A DNA stretch of 64,000 nt, from contig DATGEQ010000009.1 of assembly GCA_035309945.1 (NCBI GenBank), positions 2,343 to 66,342 of the forward strand, read 5' to 3'. Below are positions 56,640-64,000 of this stretch, piece by piece. Below the pieces are notes generated by a model. The model did no database searches. It had not been told where the DNA came from and saw nothing but the letters and a program-made list of their open reading frames with translations. Each line of letters begins with the position of its first letter. Position 1 is the first letter of the stretch. The stretch is from Gemmatimonadales bacterium (GTDB taxonomy: Bacteria; Gemmatimonadota; Gemmatimonadetes; Gemmatimonadales; GWC2-71-9). Made by a program: the position numbers and the translations under genes.

Positions 56640-57970
56640 TCATGCGCTCCCGCGCCAAGCAGCTCGTAAAACCGCCGGAACACGCCGATCCCGTCCCACA
56701 ACTGCTTCAGCTCGAGCTTTTCGTTGGGCGCGTGTAAGCGGTCGTCCGGTAAACCGATCCCCGTGAGAATCACCGGCGCTCCTCCCGACGCGAGTGCGGG
56801 CACCACGGGAATCGAGCCGCCCGCACGCGCCGCGACCGTGCCCCGCCCCGTGACTTCCTTGAATGCGCGATCGAGCAAACCAAACGCGGGATGGTCGACC
56901 TTGATTTGCGCCGGGCCGGCGCCATGCAGAAACCGCACCGTCGCGGTGACATACTTCGGCGCAAAGCGCTTGACGGCGGCCGCAAGCTGCCGCTCGACGG
57001 TCGCCAGCTTCTGATTCGGCACGAGGCGCATGCTGACCTTGGCGGTCGCCTCGGCAGGAATGACGGTTTTCGCTCCTTCTCCCGTAAAGCCGCCCACAAT
57101 GCCGTGGATCTCGAACGTCGGCAGCGCCCACAGGCGCTCCAGTACTGACGCCTTCTTCAGGCCGACGAGTCCCTTTCCTTGCACGCGCTGGTTCAGGAAG
57201 TCCTTCTCGTCGAACGGCAGCTTCTTCCACGCGGCGAGCTCGGCTTTGGCGGGCCGTTTCACGGCTTCGTAAAAACCGGGAATGTTGACCTTGCCGTCCT
57301 CGCTTTTCAGACGGCACAGCAGCCGGCACAATTCTTCGTGGGCATTCGGCGCGGCGCCGCCGTACTCGCCGGAGTGCAAATCGGTCTTCGACGTGCGGAC
57401 CGTGATCTCGCCGTAGCACAACCCGCGCAGTGTCGTGTAGACCGCGGGCCAGCCCGGCGCGACGTACGACATGTCGGCTACGAGAACCGCGTCCGCGCCG
57501 ACGCGCTGCGGCTCGCGCTTCAACAAGTCGAACAGCACTTTCGAGCCGTATTCCTCTTCGCCTTCGATCAGGAAGCGGAAATTGACGCTCGGGTTCGCCG
57601 CGTCGATTGCTTTGAGCAGGCAGAACACCTGCCCCTTGTCGTCCGCGGCGCCGCGCGCGTAGATCCGGCCGTCGCGCCGCGTCGGTTCGAACGGCGGCGT
57701 CGTCCACTCGGCGAGCGGATCGGGCGGTTGCACGTCGTAATGCCCGTAAATCAGCAGTGTCGGCGCACCGGGAACTTCCGGACCTTTGGCCCACACGACG
57801 GGGTGCGTTTCACTGCCGAGGAACTGCACGTCATGACAGCCGCTGCGTCGCAATTCCGCTCCGACCCATTCCGCGGCGGTGCGGCAGTCCTCGTTGTGTG
57901 CCGGCAGTGTCGAGACGGAGGGAATCCGCAGAAAGTCGCTCAGCTCGCTGAGCAGTCGCTCTTGATCCAT
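56633..57970 (-). CDS. M20-family dipeptidase
   Basis: Recognisable segments are IPSVS, LLIYGHYDVQP and ARGAADDKGQ. I chose the start at ATG 57970 (MDQERLL). Confidence 0.88.
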   Translation of the reverse strand: MDQERLLSELSDFLRIPSVSTLPAHNEDCRTAAEWVGAELRRSGCHDVQFLGSETHPVVWAKGPEVPGAPTLLIYGHYDVQPPDPLAEWTTPPFEPTRRDGRIYARGAADDKGQVFCLLKAIDAANPSVNFRFLIEGEEEYGSKVLFDLLKREPQRVGADAVLVADMSYVAPGWPAVYTTLRGLCYGEITVRTSKTDLHSGEYGGAAPNAHEELCRLLCRLKSEDGKVNIPGFYEAVKRPAKAELAAWKKLPFDEKDFLNQRVQGKGLVGLKKASVLERLWALPTFEIHGIVGGFTGEGAKTVIPAEATAKVSMRLVPNQKLATVERQLAAAVKRFAPKYVTATVRFLHGAGPAQIKVDHPAFGLLDRAFKEVTGRGTVAARAGGSIPVVPALASGGAPVILTGIGLPDDRLHAPNEKLELKQLWDGIGVFRRFYELLGAGAHDQ

Positions 57971-58016
57971 GGCGGCAGAATGTAGATACACGCGTCGCGG
58001 CTAGCCAGCAAGTGAC

Positions 58017-59168
58017 GTGCAGCTAGATTTGAGCGCCATGCGCACCACGGCCTCGTACGATCTCTTCCCGGACGCGCGCAGCGAACGGGCGCTCGCGCGC
58101 GCGCGTTGGCTGGCGCGCGAAGGACGGGTGCGCGATGCCCAAGCCGCCTACGACGAGCTGCTCGCCGCGAAGCCGGACCTCAAGGCCGCGTGGGCCGAGT
58201 ATTTCGAGCTGCTGCGGGCGAGCGGCCGGGGCGCAGAGGCGTTGCAGCTCGCCGATCGTGCGCGCGCCGCGTTCGGCGAAACCGGCTTTTCGTTCACGCT
58301 GCGGGGCGCGGCGCTCACCGAGCTGGGCCGCTACCCCGAAGCGCTGGCCGAGCTCGAGCGTGCCGTCGAGGCCGATCCCGACCTGGCGCTCGTCTGGCAC
58401 GAGCTCGGTTACGCCGCCTACAAGCTCGGCGACAAGAATCGGGCGCTGCTCGCGCTCGATCGCGCGTTCGCGCTGGAACCGCACACCGACACGCTGAAGC
58501 TGCGCGGGCAGATCCTGCGCGAGGCGGGTCGCTATCAGGCGGCCGAAGTCGCGTTCGAAGGCGCCGCCCAGGCCGCCGAGCACGCGGAGCAACGTGCGGA
58601 CGCGGAGCGCGAAATCCTGGCCACCCGCCGCTACGGCGCCTACGCGCCGCGGCGTCCCGACGATCTCACCGATCATGAGCGCTGGTTCGCGGATACGGGC
58701 ACGCTCGTCCTGGCCTCGACGCCCGGCCCCGTGGCGCCGAGCGATGAGACGATCGTCGCGACGTTCGCCGAGGTCGTCACCAACAGCGACTGGCGCTTCG
58801 GCCAGGTCATCCTGCTCGGCGCCGGATTTCCGGCCGTCAACGATCTCGCCTACCGGCTCGGCGCTCCGCTGGTCACGCCGGCCGCGCTCGATCTCGCTGC
58901 CTGCCCTTTGATCGTCGGTCTCCGGCCGCTGTCCGCCGACCGCACCTGGAACGGCATCGTCGCGAAGTTGACGAGCCAGCAGACCGGCCTCGTCTTCGCC
59001 ATCGAGCATCCCGCCGAGGAACCACCGGCCTCCGTGTCGAGCGACGTCATCGGCGTGCTGACGGACGGCGGTCAACGCCGCGAACGCGCGCCCAATCCCG
59101 CTCAGGCGCTGGACGATGCGCAGAGCCCCAGCGCCCGCCTCGCGGAGCGGCGGCTCCGCCCCTCTTAG
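58017..59168 (+). CDS. TPR-repeat protein with an uncharacterised C-terminal half
   Basis: Several TPR-like units are present (e.g. GRYPEALAELERAVEADPDLALVWHELGYAAYKLGD). The start is GTG 58017 or ATG 58038. Confidence 0.68.
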   Translation: MQLDLSAMRTTASYDLFPDARSERALARARWLAREGRVRDAQAAYDELLAAKPDLKAAWAEYFELLRASGRGAEALQLADRARAAFGETGFSFTLRGAALTELGRYPEALAELERAVEADPDLALVWHELGYAAYKLGDKNRALLALDRAFALEPHTDTLKLRGQILREAGRYQAAEVAFEGAAQAAEHAEQRADAEREILATRRYGAYAPRRPDDLTDHERWFADTGTLVLASTPGPVAPSDETIVATFAEVVTNSDWRFGQVILLGAGFPAVNDLAYRLGAPLVTPAALDLAACPLIVGLRPLSADRTWNGIVAKLTSQQTGLVFAIEHPAEEPPASVSSDVIGVLTDGGQRRERAPNPAQALDDAQSPSARLAERRLRPS

Positions 59169-59179
59169 ATCTCATAACG

Positions 59180-60457
59180 ATGACCGCCACCGACAGACCG
59201 CCGCGCCCCAGCCGTGCGCCGATGTCCGGCCGCGCGATCGTGCAGAGCCAGTTCGACCGCGCCGCCGACCTGATCAACCTCGAAGCGTATATGCGGAAGA
59301 TCCTGATGTCGCCGTTCCGCGAAGTACAGGTCGAGGTGCCGGTGCGCATGGACGACGGCCGCATCGAGGTATTCACCGGTTATCGCATCCAGCACAATGG
59401 CGCGCGCGGGCCGTGCAAGGGCGGGATTCGCTATCACCCCGAGGCCGATCACGATGAAGTCCTCGGCCTTGCGACCATCATGACGTGGAAGACGGCGTTG
59501 ATGGACATCCCGTTCGGCGGCGCCAAAGGCGGCGTCACCGTCGATCCGAAGAAGCTGTCGCGGCTCGAGCTCGAGCGACTGACGCGCCGCTTCACCCAGC
59601 GCATCGCCATCGTGCTCGGCCCCTACCGCGACATTCCCGCTCCCGACGTCAACACCAACGCGCAAGTCATGGCCTGGATCCTCGACGAGTACTCGAACCG
59701 CCAGGGCTACACCCCCGCCGTCGTCACGGGGAAGCCGATCTCGCTCGGCGGCTCGCTGGGACGTGAAGAGGCGACGGGCCGCGGCGTGATGTACGTGATG
59801 CAGGAGTACGCGCGCGACTTCGGAATTCCCCTCAAGGGCGGACGCGTGGTGATTCAGGGCTTCGGCAACGTCGGCAGCCACCTCGCGCGGCTATTGGACA
59901 GGGAAGCCGGCGCCACGATCATCGCCGTGACCGACGTCGAAGGCGGGACGTACAACGACAAGGGGATCGACGTCCCCGGTCTCCTCGCGCACGTCGCGCA
60001 GGGAAAGAAGATTGCCGAATGGAAGAACGGCAAACGCATCACCAATGAGGAGCTGTGGACGATCCCGTGCGAGTGGCTCGTGCCGGCGGCCCTGGGCGGT
60101 GTCATTACCAAGGAGACGAACGCGCGGAGCGTCGACTGCAAGGTCGTCGTCGAGGCGGCGAATGAGCCGACCACGCCTACGGCCGACCTGATTCTCGAGG
60201 AGCGCGGCATCGCCGTGATTCCCGACTTTCTGGCGAACGCCGGCGGCGTGACGGTCAGCTATTACGAGTGGGCCCAGAATCTTCAGCAGTACCGCTGGAC
60301 GCACGAGCAGGTGAATCGCGAGTTGAAGGCGACGATCACGAAGGCATATACCTCGGTCCGAGATCTGGCAAAAGAAAAGCAAGCGACGTTCAGAACGGCA
60401 GCGTACGGGATCGCGTTACAGCGTGTGGCAGACGCGGAGCGGCTGCGGGGAAACTAG
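59180..60457 (+). CDS. gdhA: Glutamate dehydrogenase (Glu/Leu/Phe/Val dehydrogenase family)
   Basis: The catalytic Lys motif PFGGAKGGV and the Rossmann segment VIQGFGNVGSH are present. Confidence 0.94.
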   Translation: MTATDRPPRPSRAPMSGRAIVQSQFDRAADLINLEAYMRKILMSPFREVQVEVPVRMDDGRIEVFTGYRIQHNGARGPCKGGIRYHPEADHDEVLGLATIMTWKTALMDIPFGGAKGGVTVDPKKLSRLELERLTRRFTQRIAIVLGPYRDIPAPDVNTNAQVMAWILDEYSNRQGYTPAVVTGKPISLGGSLGREEATGRGVMYVMQEYARDFGIPLKGGRVVIQGFGNVGSHLARLLDREAGATIIAVTDVEGGTYNDKGIDVPGLLAHVAQGKKIAEWKNGKRITNEELWTIPCEWLVPAALGGVITKETNARSVDCKVVVEAANEPTTPTADLILEERGIAVIPDFLANAGGVTVSYYEWAQNLQQYRWTHEQVNRELKATITKAYTSVRDLAKEKQATFRTAAYGIALQRVADAERLRGN

Positions 60458-61572
60458 TCCTCGACTTTCATGCCGGGGCGAGAATACAGTGCCTGGTAGG
60501 GATCGCCCGGTTGCGTAAAGACTCTGATCTGAATCGCGCGAATCGTTTCCGAAACATCCGCGTTGTTCTGCAGGTAAATCTCATCGAACAGATTCAAATC
60601 CATCCGATAGAGCCGCTCGGCAATGATCACGGCGTTGTTCAGCGGCGCCTGCGCGAACCAGCGCCAGTCGTAGGTCTCGAGGGATTGCCCGACCGGCCCG
60701 CGCAGTTGATCGCGCGCCCAGCCGAACAGCGTCGTTCGCACTTGCTCCAGTCGCTCGGCGTTCAGCGGCTCCGCGTACGCCGAGTCGAGCCGGCGCGCGA
60801 GCTCCGCGTAGAACACGTCCAGCGTGCGCTCGTCGCGCCAGCGTGCCGCGGCGCGCCGGGCGTCCAGCGTGTCGTGCCGCGCGCGGAAGAAGGCTTCGGC
60901 GCCGCGATAGCCCACGAAGCTCGCGAAACTCTCGTTGAACGGCGTCTGGCTCTTCACGTACAGCGTGTTGTGCGCCAGCTCGTGGATCACGGTCGCGACC
61001 AGCTCCATCGTGTCGCGACTCATCGCCGTCGAAAACAGCGGATCGCTGAAGTAGCCCAGCGTCGAGAACGCGCCCGAGGGGCGCAGGAAGACGTCGAGCC
61101 CCTGCGCGTCGAGCCGCTGGGCTTCGCCGCGGGCGCGGCTCGCATTGAAGAACCCCTTGTAGGGCACGACGCCGACAATGGGATAGTGCCAGGTGACCTC
61201 GCGGAGCTTGTCGCGGCGGCTGGCCGACAGCACGAGCAACAGCGTATCGCGGCCGACATCGACGTACGTCGTGTACGTCTTGCCGACCGCCAGCTTGAGC
61301 GATTCAGCCGCGAACGCGCGCGCCGCGAGCACCAGCGCGAAGCGCTCGCGCAGCGCCGGCGCCGTGGTCGAGTCGGCGACGAGCTTGTCGAGCGAGCGGC
61401 GCCGGAGCAGCAGCCGGCCTTCCTCGAGACCGGCGCGCGCGATATAGCGCGCATCGTCGCTGACGAGGAGCAACAGCGCGAGCGTCGCGGCGGCGCCGGC
61501 CAGGGCGAGGAGCACGATACGCCGCAACAGCCGGCCCCAGCGTGGCCGCGCGCGTTCCGTCAGGGCGTCCAT
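60454..61572 (-). CDS. Putative zinc aminopeptidase (HExxH...NESFA gluzincin-type)
   Basis: It has an N-terminal TM/signal segment and the zinc site VIHELAHNTLYVKSQTPFNESFASFVG. Confidence 0.78.
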   Translation of the reverse strand: MDALTERARPRWGRLLRRIVLLALAGAAATLALLLLVSDDARYIARAGLEEGRLLLRRRSLDKLVADSTTAPALRERFALVLAARAFAAESLKLAVGKTYTTYVDVGRDTLLLVLSASRRDKLREVTWHYPIVGVVPYKGFFNASRARGEAQRLDAQGLDVFLRPSGAFSTLGYFSDPLFSTAMSRDTMELVATVIHELAHNTLYVKSQTPFNESFASFVGYRGAEAFFRARHDTLDARRAAARWRDERTLDVFYAELARRLDSAYAEPLNAERLEQVRTTLFGWARDQLRGPVGQSLETYDWRWFAQAPLNNAVIIAERLYRMDLNLFDEIYLQNNADVSETIRAIQIRVFTQPGDPYQALYSRPGMKVED

Positions 61573-62474
61573 CGCAGCCCCACGCGGTGCGTGCCGCCAC
61601 CGAGCACGTCGTACGCCTGAAAGGCATAGTCCAGCGCGAGCCGTCCCAGCACGATCCCGCCGCCGAACGAGAACCGCGACGCATCGCTGACCGCCGCGCG
61701 CGTCGCATAGCCGACCCGGCCGACCAACCCGACCCCGCCGGTCACGATCCCTCCCTCGATGCCCTGCACGAGCACCGCGCTATGATCGCGGGTCCACTGG
61801 CCCTCGAGCGTCGTGAGCAGCCGGAACGTGCCCTGCGGATCGGTATAGTTGAGCGTCAGCCCGGCGCGCGTTCGACGCGGCAGCAACGCCCCGTTGCCGA
61901 GGTCGCCGCCGAGATTCTGCACGCTCACGCCAAAAGCCATGATGTCGAACACGGCGACGGCGACGCCGACGTCTCCGGCCCACGCGTCGCTCACTTCCGC
62001 GCCGATCTGCTGCCGATTGTACTTCACGTTCACGCCGATCGCGGCAAGACTGCGCCGGTAGACCAGCGACGTCGTGGCGAGCGCCTCATACGGGTGGAAC
62101 GATGCGCCCGTCGGCATGCCCCGCCGGCCGCCGGTCGACGGATCGGGAACGATCTCCGCCTCGGAGCCATAGTCGAGCGCCTGCGCGCCGAACCCCCAGG
62201 TCAAGCGCGAAACGCGGAGCGCCAATGCCGCGGTCGAGATCGCGCTGCCGGCAAGGTACGGCTCATACGAGCCCTCGAGACTGAGATGACGGATCGTCGC
62301 GATACCCGCGGGATTCGCGAACATGTCACCGGCGTCCCCGACGAGCGCGACGCCGGCGCCGCCGAGCGCGGCTGAGCGCGTCGTTCCGGGCAGCGCCGTG
62401 AGGACCGAGCCCTCGGTTTGCGCAGCGAGCTGGGCCGCGAGGCCGGCGATCAGCAGCAGCACCGGCGATTTCAT
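61560..62474 (-). CDS. Outer-membrane beta-barrel protein (PorV/PorQ-like by pattern)
   Basis: The signal peptide is MKSPVLLLIAGLAAQLAAQ. Gly-rich alternating strands run throughout. It is coupled to both flanking peptidase genes. Confidence 0.5.
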   Translation of the reverse strand: MKSPVLLLIAGLAAQLAAQTEGSVLTALPGTTRSAALGGAGVALVGDAGDMFANPAGIATIRHLSLEGSYEPYLAGSAISTAALALRVSRLTWGFGAQALDYGSEAEIVPDPSTGGRRGMPTGASFHPYEALATTSLVYRRSLAAIGVNVKYNRQQIGAEVSDAWAGDVGVAVAVFDIMAFGVSVQNLGGDLGNGALLPRRTRAGLTLNYTDPQGTFRLLTTLEGQWTRDHSAVLVQGIEGGIVTGGVGLVGRVGYATRAAVSDASRFSFGGGIVLGRLALDYAFQAYDVLGGGTHRVGLRWTP

Positions 62475-64000
62475 TGCAGCCGAATCACATTCAGCCGCGG
62501 CACGAGCGTCGCGTTGATCACATCACCGCTCGGCGCGGTGAAGCTCAACGTGAACCCAGGGTCACCGGCCGCCTGTGCGGCGAGCTGATAAATCCCCGAG
62601 CCCGCGCGGAGCGTGCCGGTCATGTTCACTGCGCGTCCGGGGGACATCACTGGAACCAGCGGATACGCCTTCCCGAACGAGCTGCTCTGGGTGTGCAGCG
62701 ACGCATAAACCGAGTGCAGCGCCCACGAGTTGTACCGGAGCTCCGGGGGTGCGCCGCTCATGTCGGTGACCCATTGCGTGAGCGCCCAGCGGCTCACGGT
62801 CGTGGCGAACGGCTCGCCCGTGACCGCCGCGATGTTGGCGGCGCCGGTGTTCGTCGTCTGGATGAGCGAGCGCGTGAGCGCGTCCCAATCGGCCCGCGTA
62901 CTCCCGGCAGCGTAGTGATCGACCACGTAGCGCACGAACAGCCACGCCGCGCCACGCTCGGCGAGCGTGCCGATACCGTCGGTGGGCAAGAGGAAATGAT
63001 CGCCCGTCGAATCCAGGTAGTGATACGCGTTGTAAAGATCGCCGACGAAAAACGCGCAATCCGGCTGGCCGAGGCTGCAGTCGGTGACGCGAGCATCGGG
63101 CGTGCCTTCGTAGCTACGACCTCCCAGCTCCTCGGCGTAGTGCGAAAATCCTTCGTTCAGCCACAGCACCTCGCCCGTGCCGCCGCGGTCGAGGACGTGC
63201 TGGCCGAAACTGATCATGTGCTGGAATTCGTGAATGAACGTGACCGGCAAGATCGACTGCACCACCGACACGCTATGCGCGCAGCTCAGCTTCCCCAATG
63301 GGTCGGCGACGATGGAGTAGAAGATCTCGCCTTTGTTCGAGCGCGGGTCATTGCGAAAATTGGGGTCGAGGTCCGCGCCGTAAAAAAATCCCGCCACAAA
63401 GCCCGTATTACAGGCACTCGCGGTCACCAGCTTGTTCACGGTATTGGTCATCAGCACCAGCACCACGCTGTTGGAATCGATGTCCGATTCCCGCCCGAAT
63501 GCCGTCGTGTCGATCGGATACAGCCGCTGATCGAACGTATTGGCGATGTTGTCGAGCTGGGTCGAATCGAGGCCGCCCGACGGCGCCAGCGTGTCCACGT
63601 AGATCGCGACCTTGCTCTTGACCACGCGCACACGCGCGTTCACGCGATTGAACGTGGAGCAGTCCGTGTTGGCGCAGACCATGAACGCGCGCAACGTGTT
63701 CACGGCCGGCGGGCCGCCAGTAGCGACGGTCGGCTCGAACGCAGGCGCGCGCGGCGCGACACGCGGCGCAAATCCCCAGTAGCGACGCTCGTCGCCGAGT
63801 CTCAAGAACTGGTGAAAGCGCTCGGCGGGGCCTGCTTCCAGTCGCGCGGTCTGCGGTGCCGACGGGGTCGCAGGAATGATCGTATCGCCCACGAGGCGAA
63901 ACGCCGCAGTCTGTGCGGGCACACCGGTCGCGAGCTGGGGAACGACGAGGTACTCAGCCGCCGTCGCACTCGCCGAAAACTGCGCGCAACCCGAGTCGGT
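62471..64000 (-). CDS. Gluzincin (M1-like HExxH-x-NEG..E) metallopeptidase, N-terminus outside the window
   Basis: The zinc site is HEFQHMISFGQHVLDRGGTGEVLWLNEGFSHYAEE. The frame stays open to position 64000, so the true start lies beyond the window. The GTG at 63922 in the track is probably internal. Confidence 0.7.
   Translation of the reverse strand, partial: TDSGCAQFSASATAAEYLVVPQLATGVPAQTAAFRLVGDTIIPATPSAPQTARLEAGPAERFHQFLRLGDERRYWGFAPRVAPRAPAFEPTVATGGPPAVNTLRAFMVCANTDCSTFNRVNARVRVVKSKVAIYVDTLAPSGGLDSTQLDNIANTFDQRLYPIDTTAFGRESDIDSNSVVLVLMTNTVNKLVTASACNTGFVAGFFYGADLDPNFRNDPRSNKGEIFYSIVADPLGKLSCAHSVSVVQSILPVTFIHEFQHMISFGQHVLDRGGTGEVLWLNEGFSHYAEELGGRSYEGTPDARVTDCSLGQPDCAFFVGDLYNAYHYLDSTGDHFLLPTDGIGTLAERGAAWLFVRYVVDHYAAGSTRADWDALTRSLIQTTNTGAANIAAVTGEPFATTVSRWALTQWVTDMSGAPPELRYNSWALHSVYASLHTQSSSFGKAYPLVPVMSPGRAVNMTGTLRAGSGIYQLAAQAAGDPGFTLSFTAPSGDVINATLVPRLNVIRLQ

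Overview
By eye the window is about two-thirds G+C (not computed). It is a gene-dense bacterial chromosomal segment of roughly 60 protein genes, packed into long operons in which stop and start codons often overlap (ATGA, GTGA, TAATG). I found no rRNA, tRNA, CRISPR array, transposase, integrase or prophage genes. The duplicated orphan MacB-type (ADOP) permeases, Tat and lipoprotein signals and the overall gene content suggest a Gemmatimonadota- or Acidobacteriota-like organism; this is inference only.

Content from left to right:
- A MacA/MacB-like efflux cluster with a second permease, plus a 40-codon relic of an ATPase gene.
- An all-helical hypothetical gene preceded by a strictly phased 15 x 21-bp repeat array.
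- A seven-gene, translationally coupled minus-strand operon: DUF2283-like, O-methyltransferase, NurA, HerA, Mre11/SbcD, Rad50/SbcC, GNAT.
- Peptide and amino-acid catabolism genes: an M24 peptidase, an aminotransferase and a DmpA-like peptidase.
- A degenerate DEAD-box/DbpA-domain protein, then hup, tdk and coaE.
- gcvH, an MBL-fold hydrolase, gcvP and an LplA-like protein.
- A five-gene Opp/Dpp-type peptide ABC transporter.
- A minus-strand operon: FmdB zinc ribbon, PspA-like, DUF1028, a small protein and two POT peptide transporters.
- A long plus-strand operon: lipoprotein, TonB-dependent receptor, lipoprotein, C26 amidotransferase, SCP2, GAF-PAS hybrid kinase, GT4, GT2::DUF3108 and one more protein.
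- thiO, a double zinc-ribbon protein, lipA, pdhA, pdhB, pdhC, lpdA, a membrane protein, lipB and a sulfite-oxidase-like protein.
- An M20 peptidase, a TPR protein, gdh, and a gluzincin / outer-membrane protein / aminopeptidase trio.

The signals I consider most worth follow-up:
1. The 21-bp phased GATC-rich array at 6032..6337.
2. The bacterial HerA-NurA-Mre11-Rad50 operon with three extra coupled genes.
3. A recurring theme of heptanucleotide-periodic tracts. Two of them are direct/inverted heptamer arrays that can fold into long hairpins, and one of those looks like stacked Shine-Dalgarno and anti-Shine-Dalgarno mimics.

Many long ORFs in the supplied track are alternate-frame or antisense artefacts of the high GC content and are not reported as genes.
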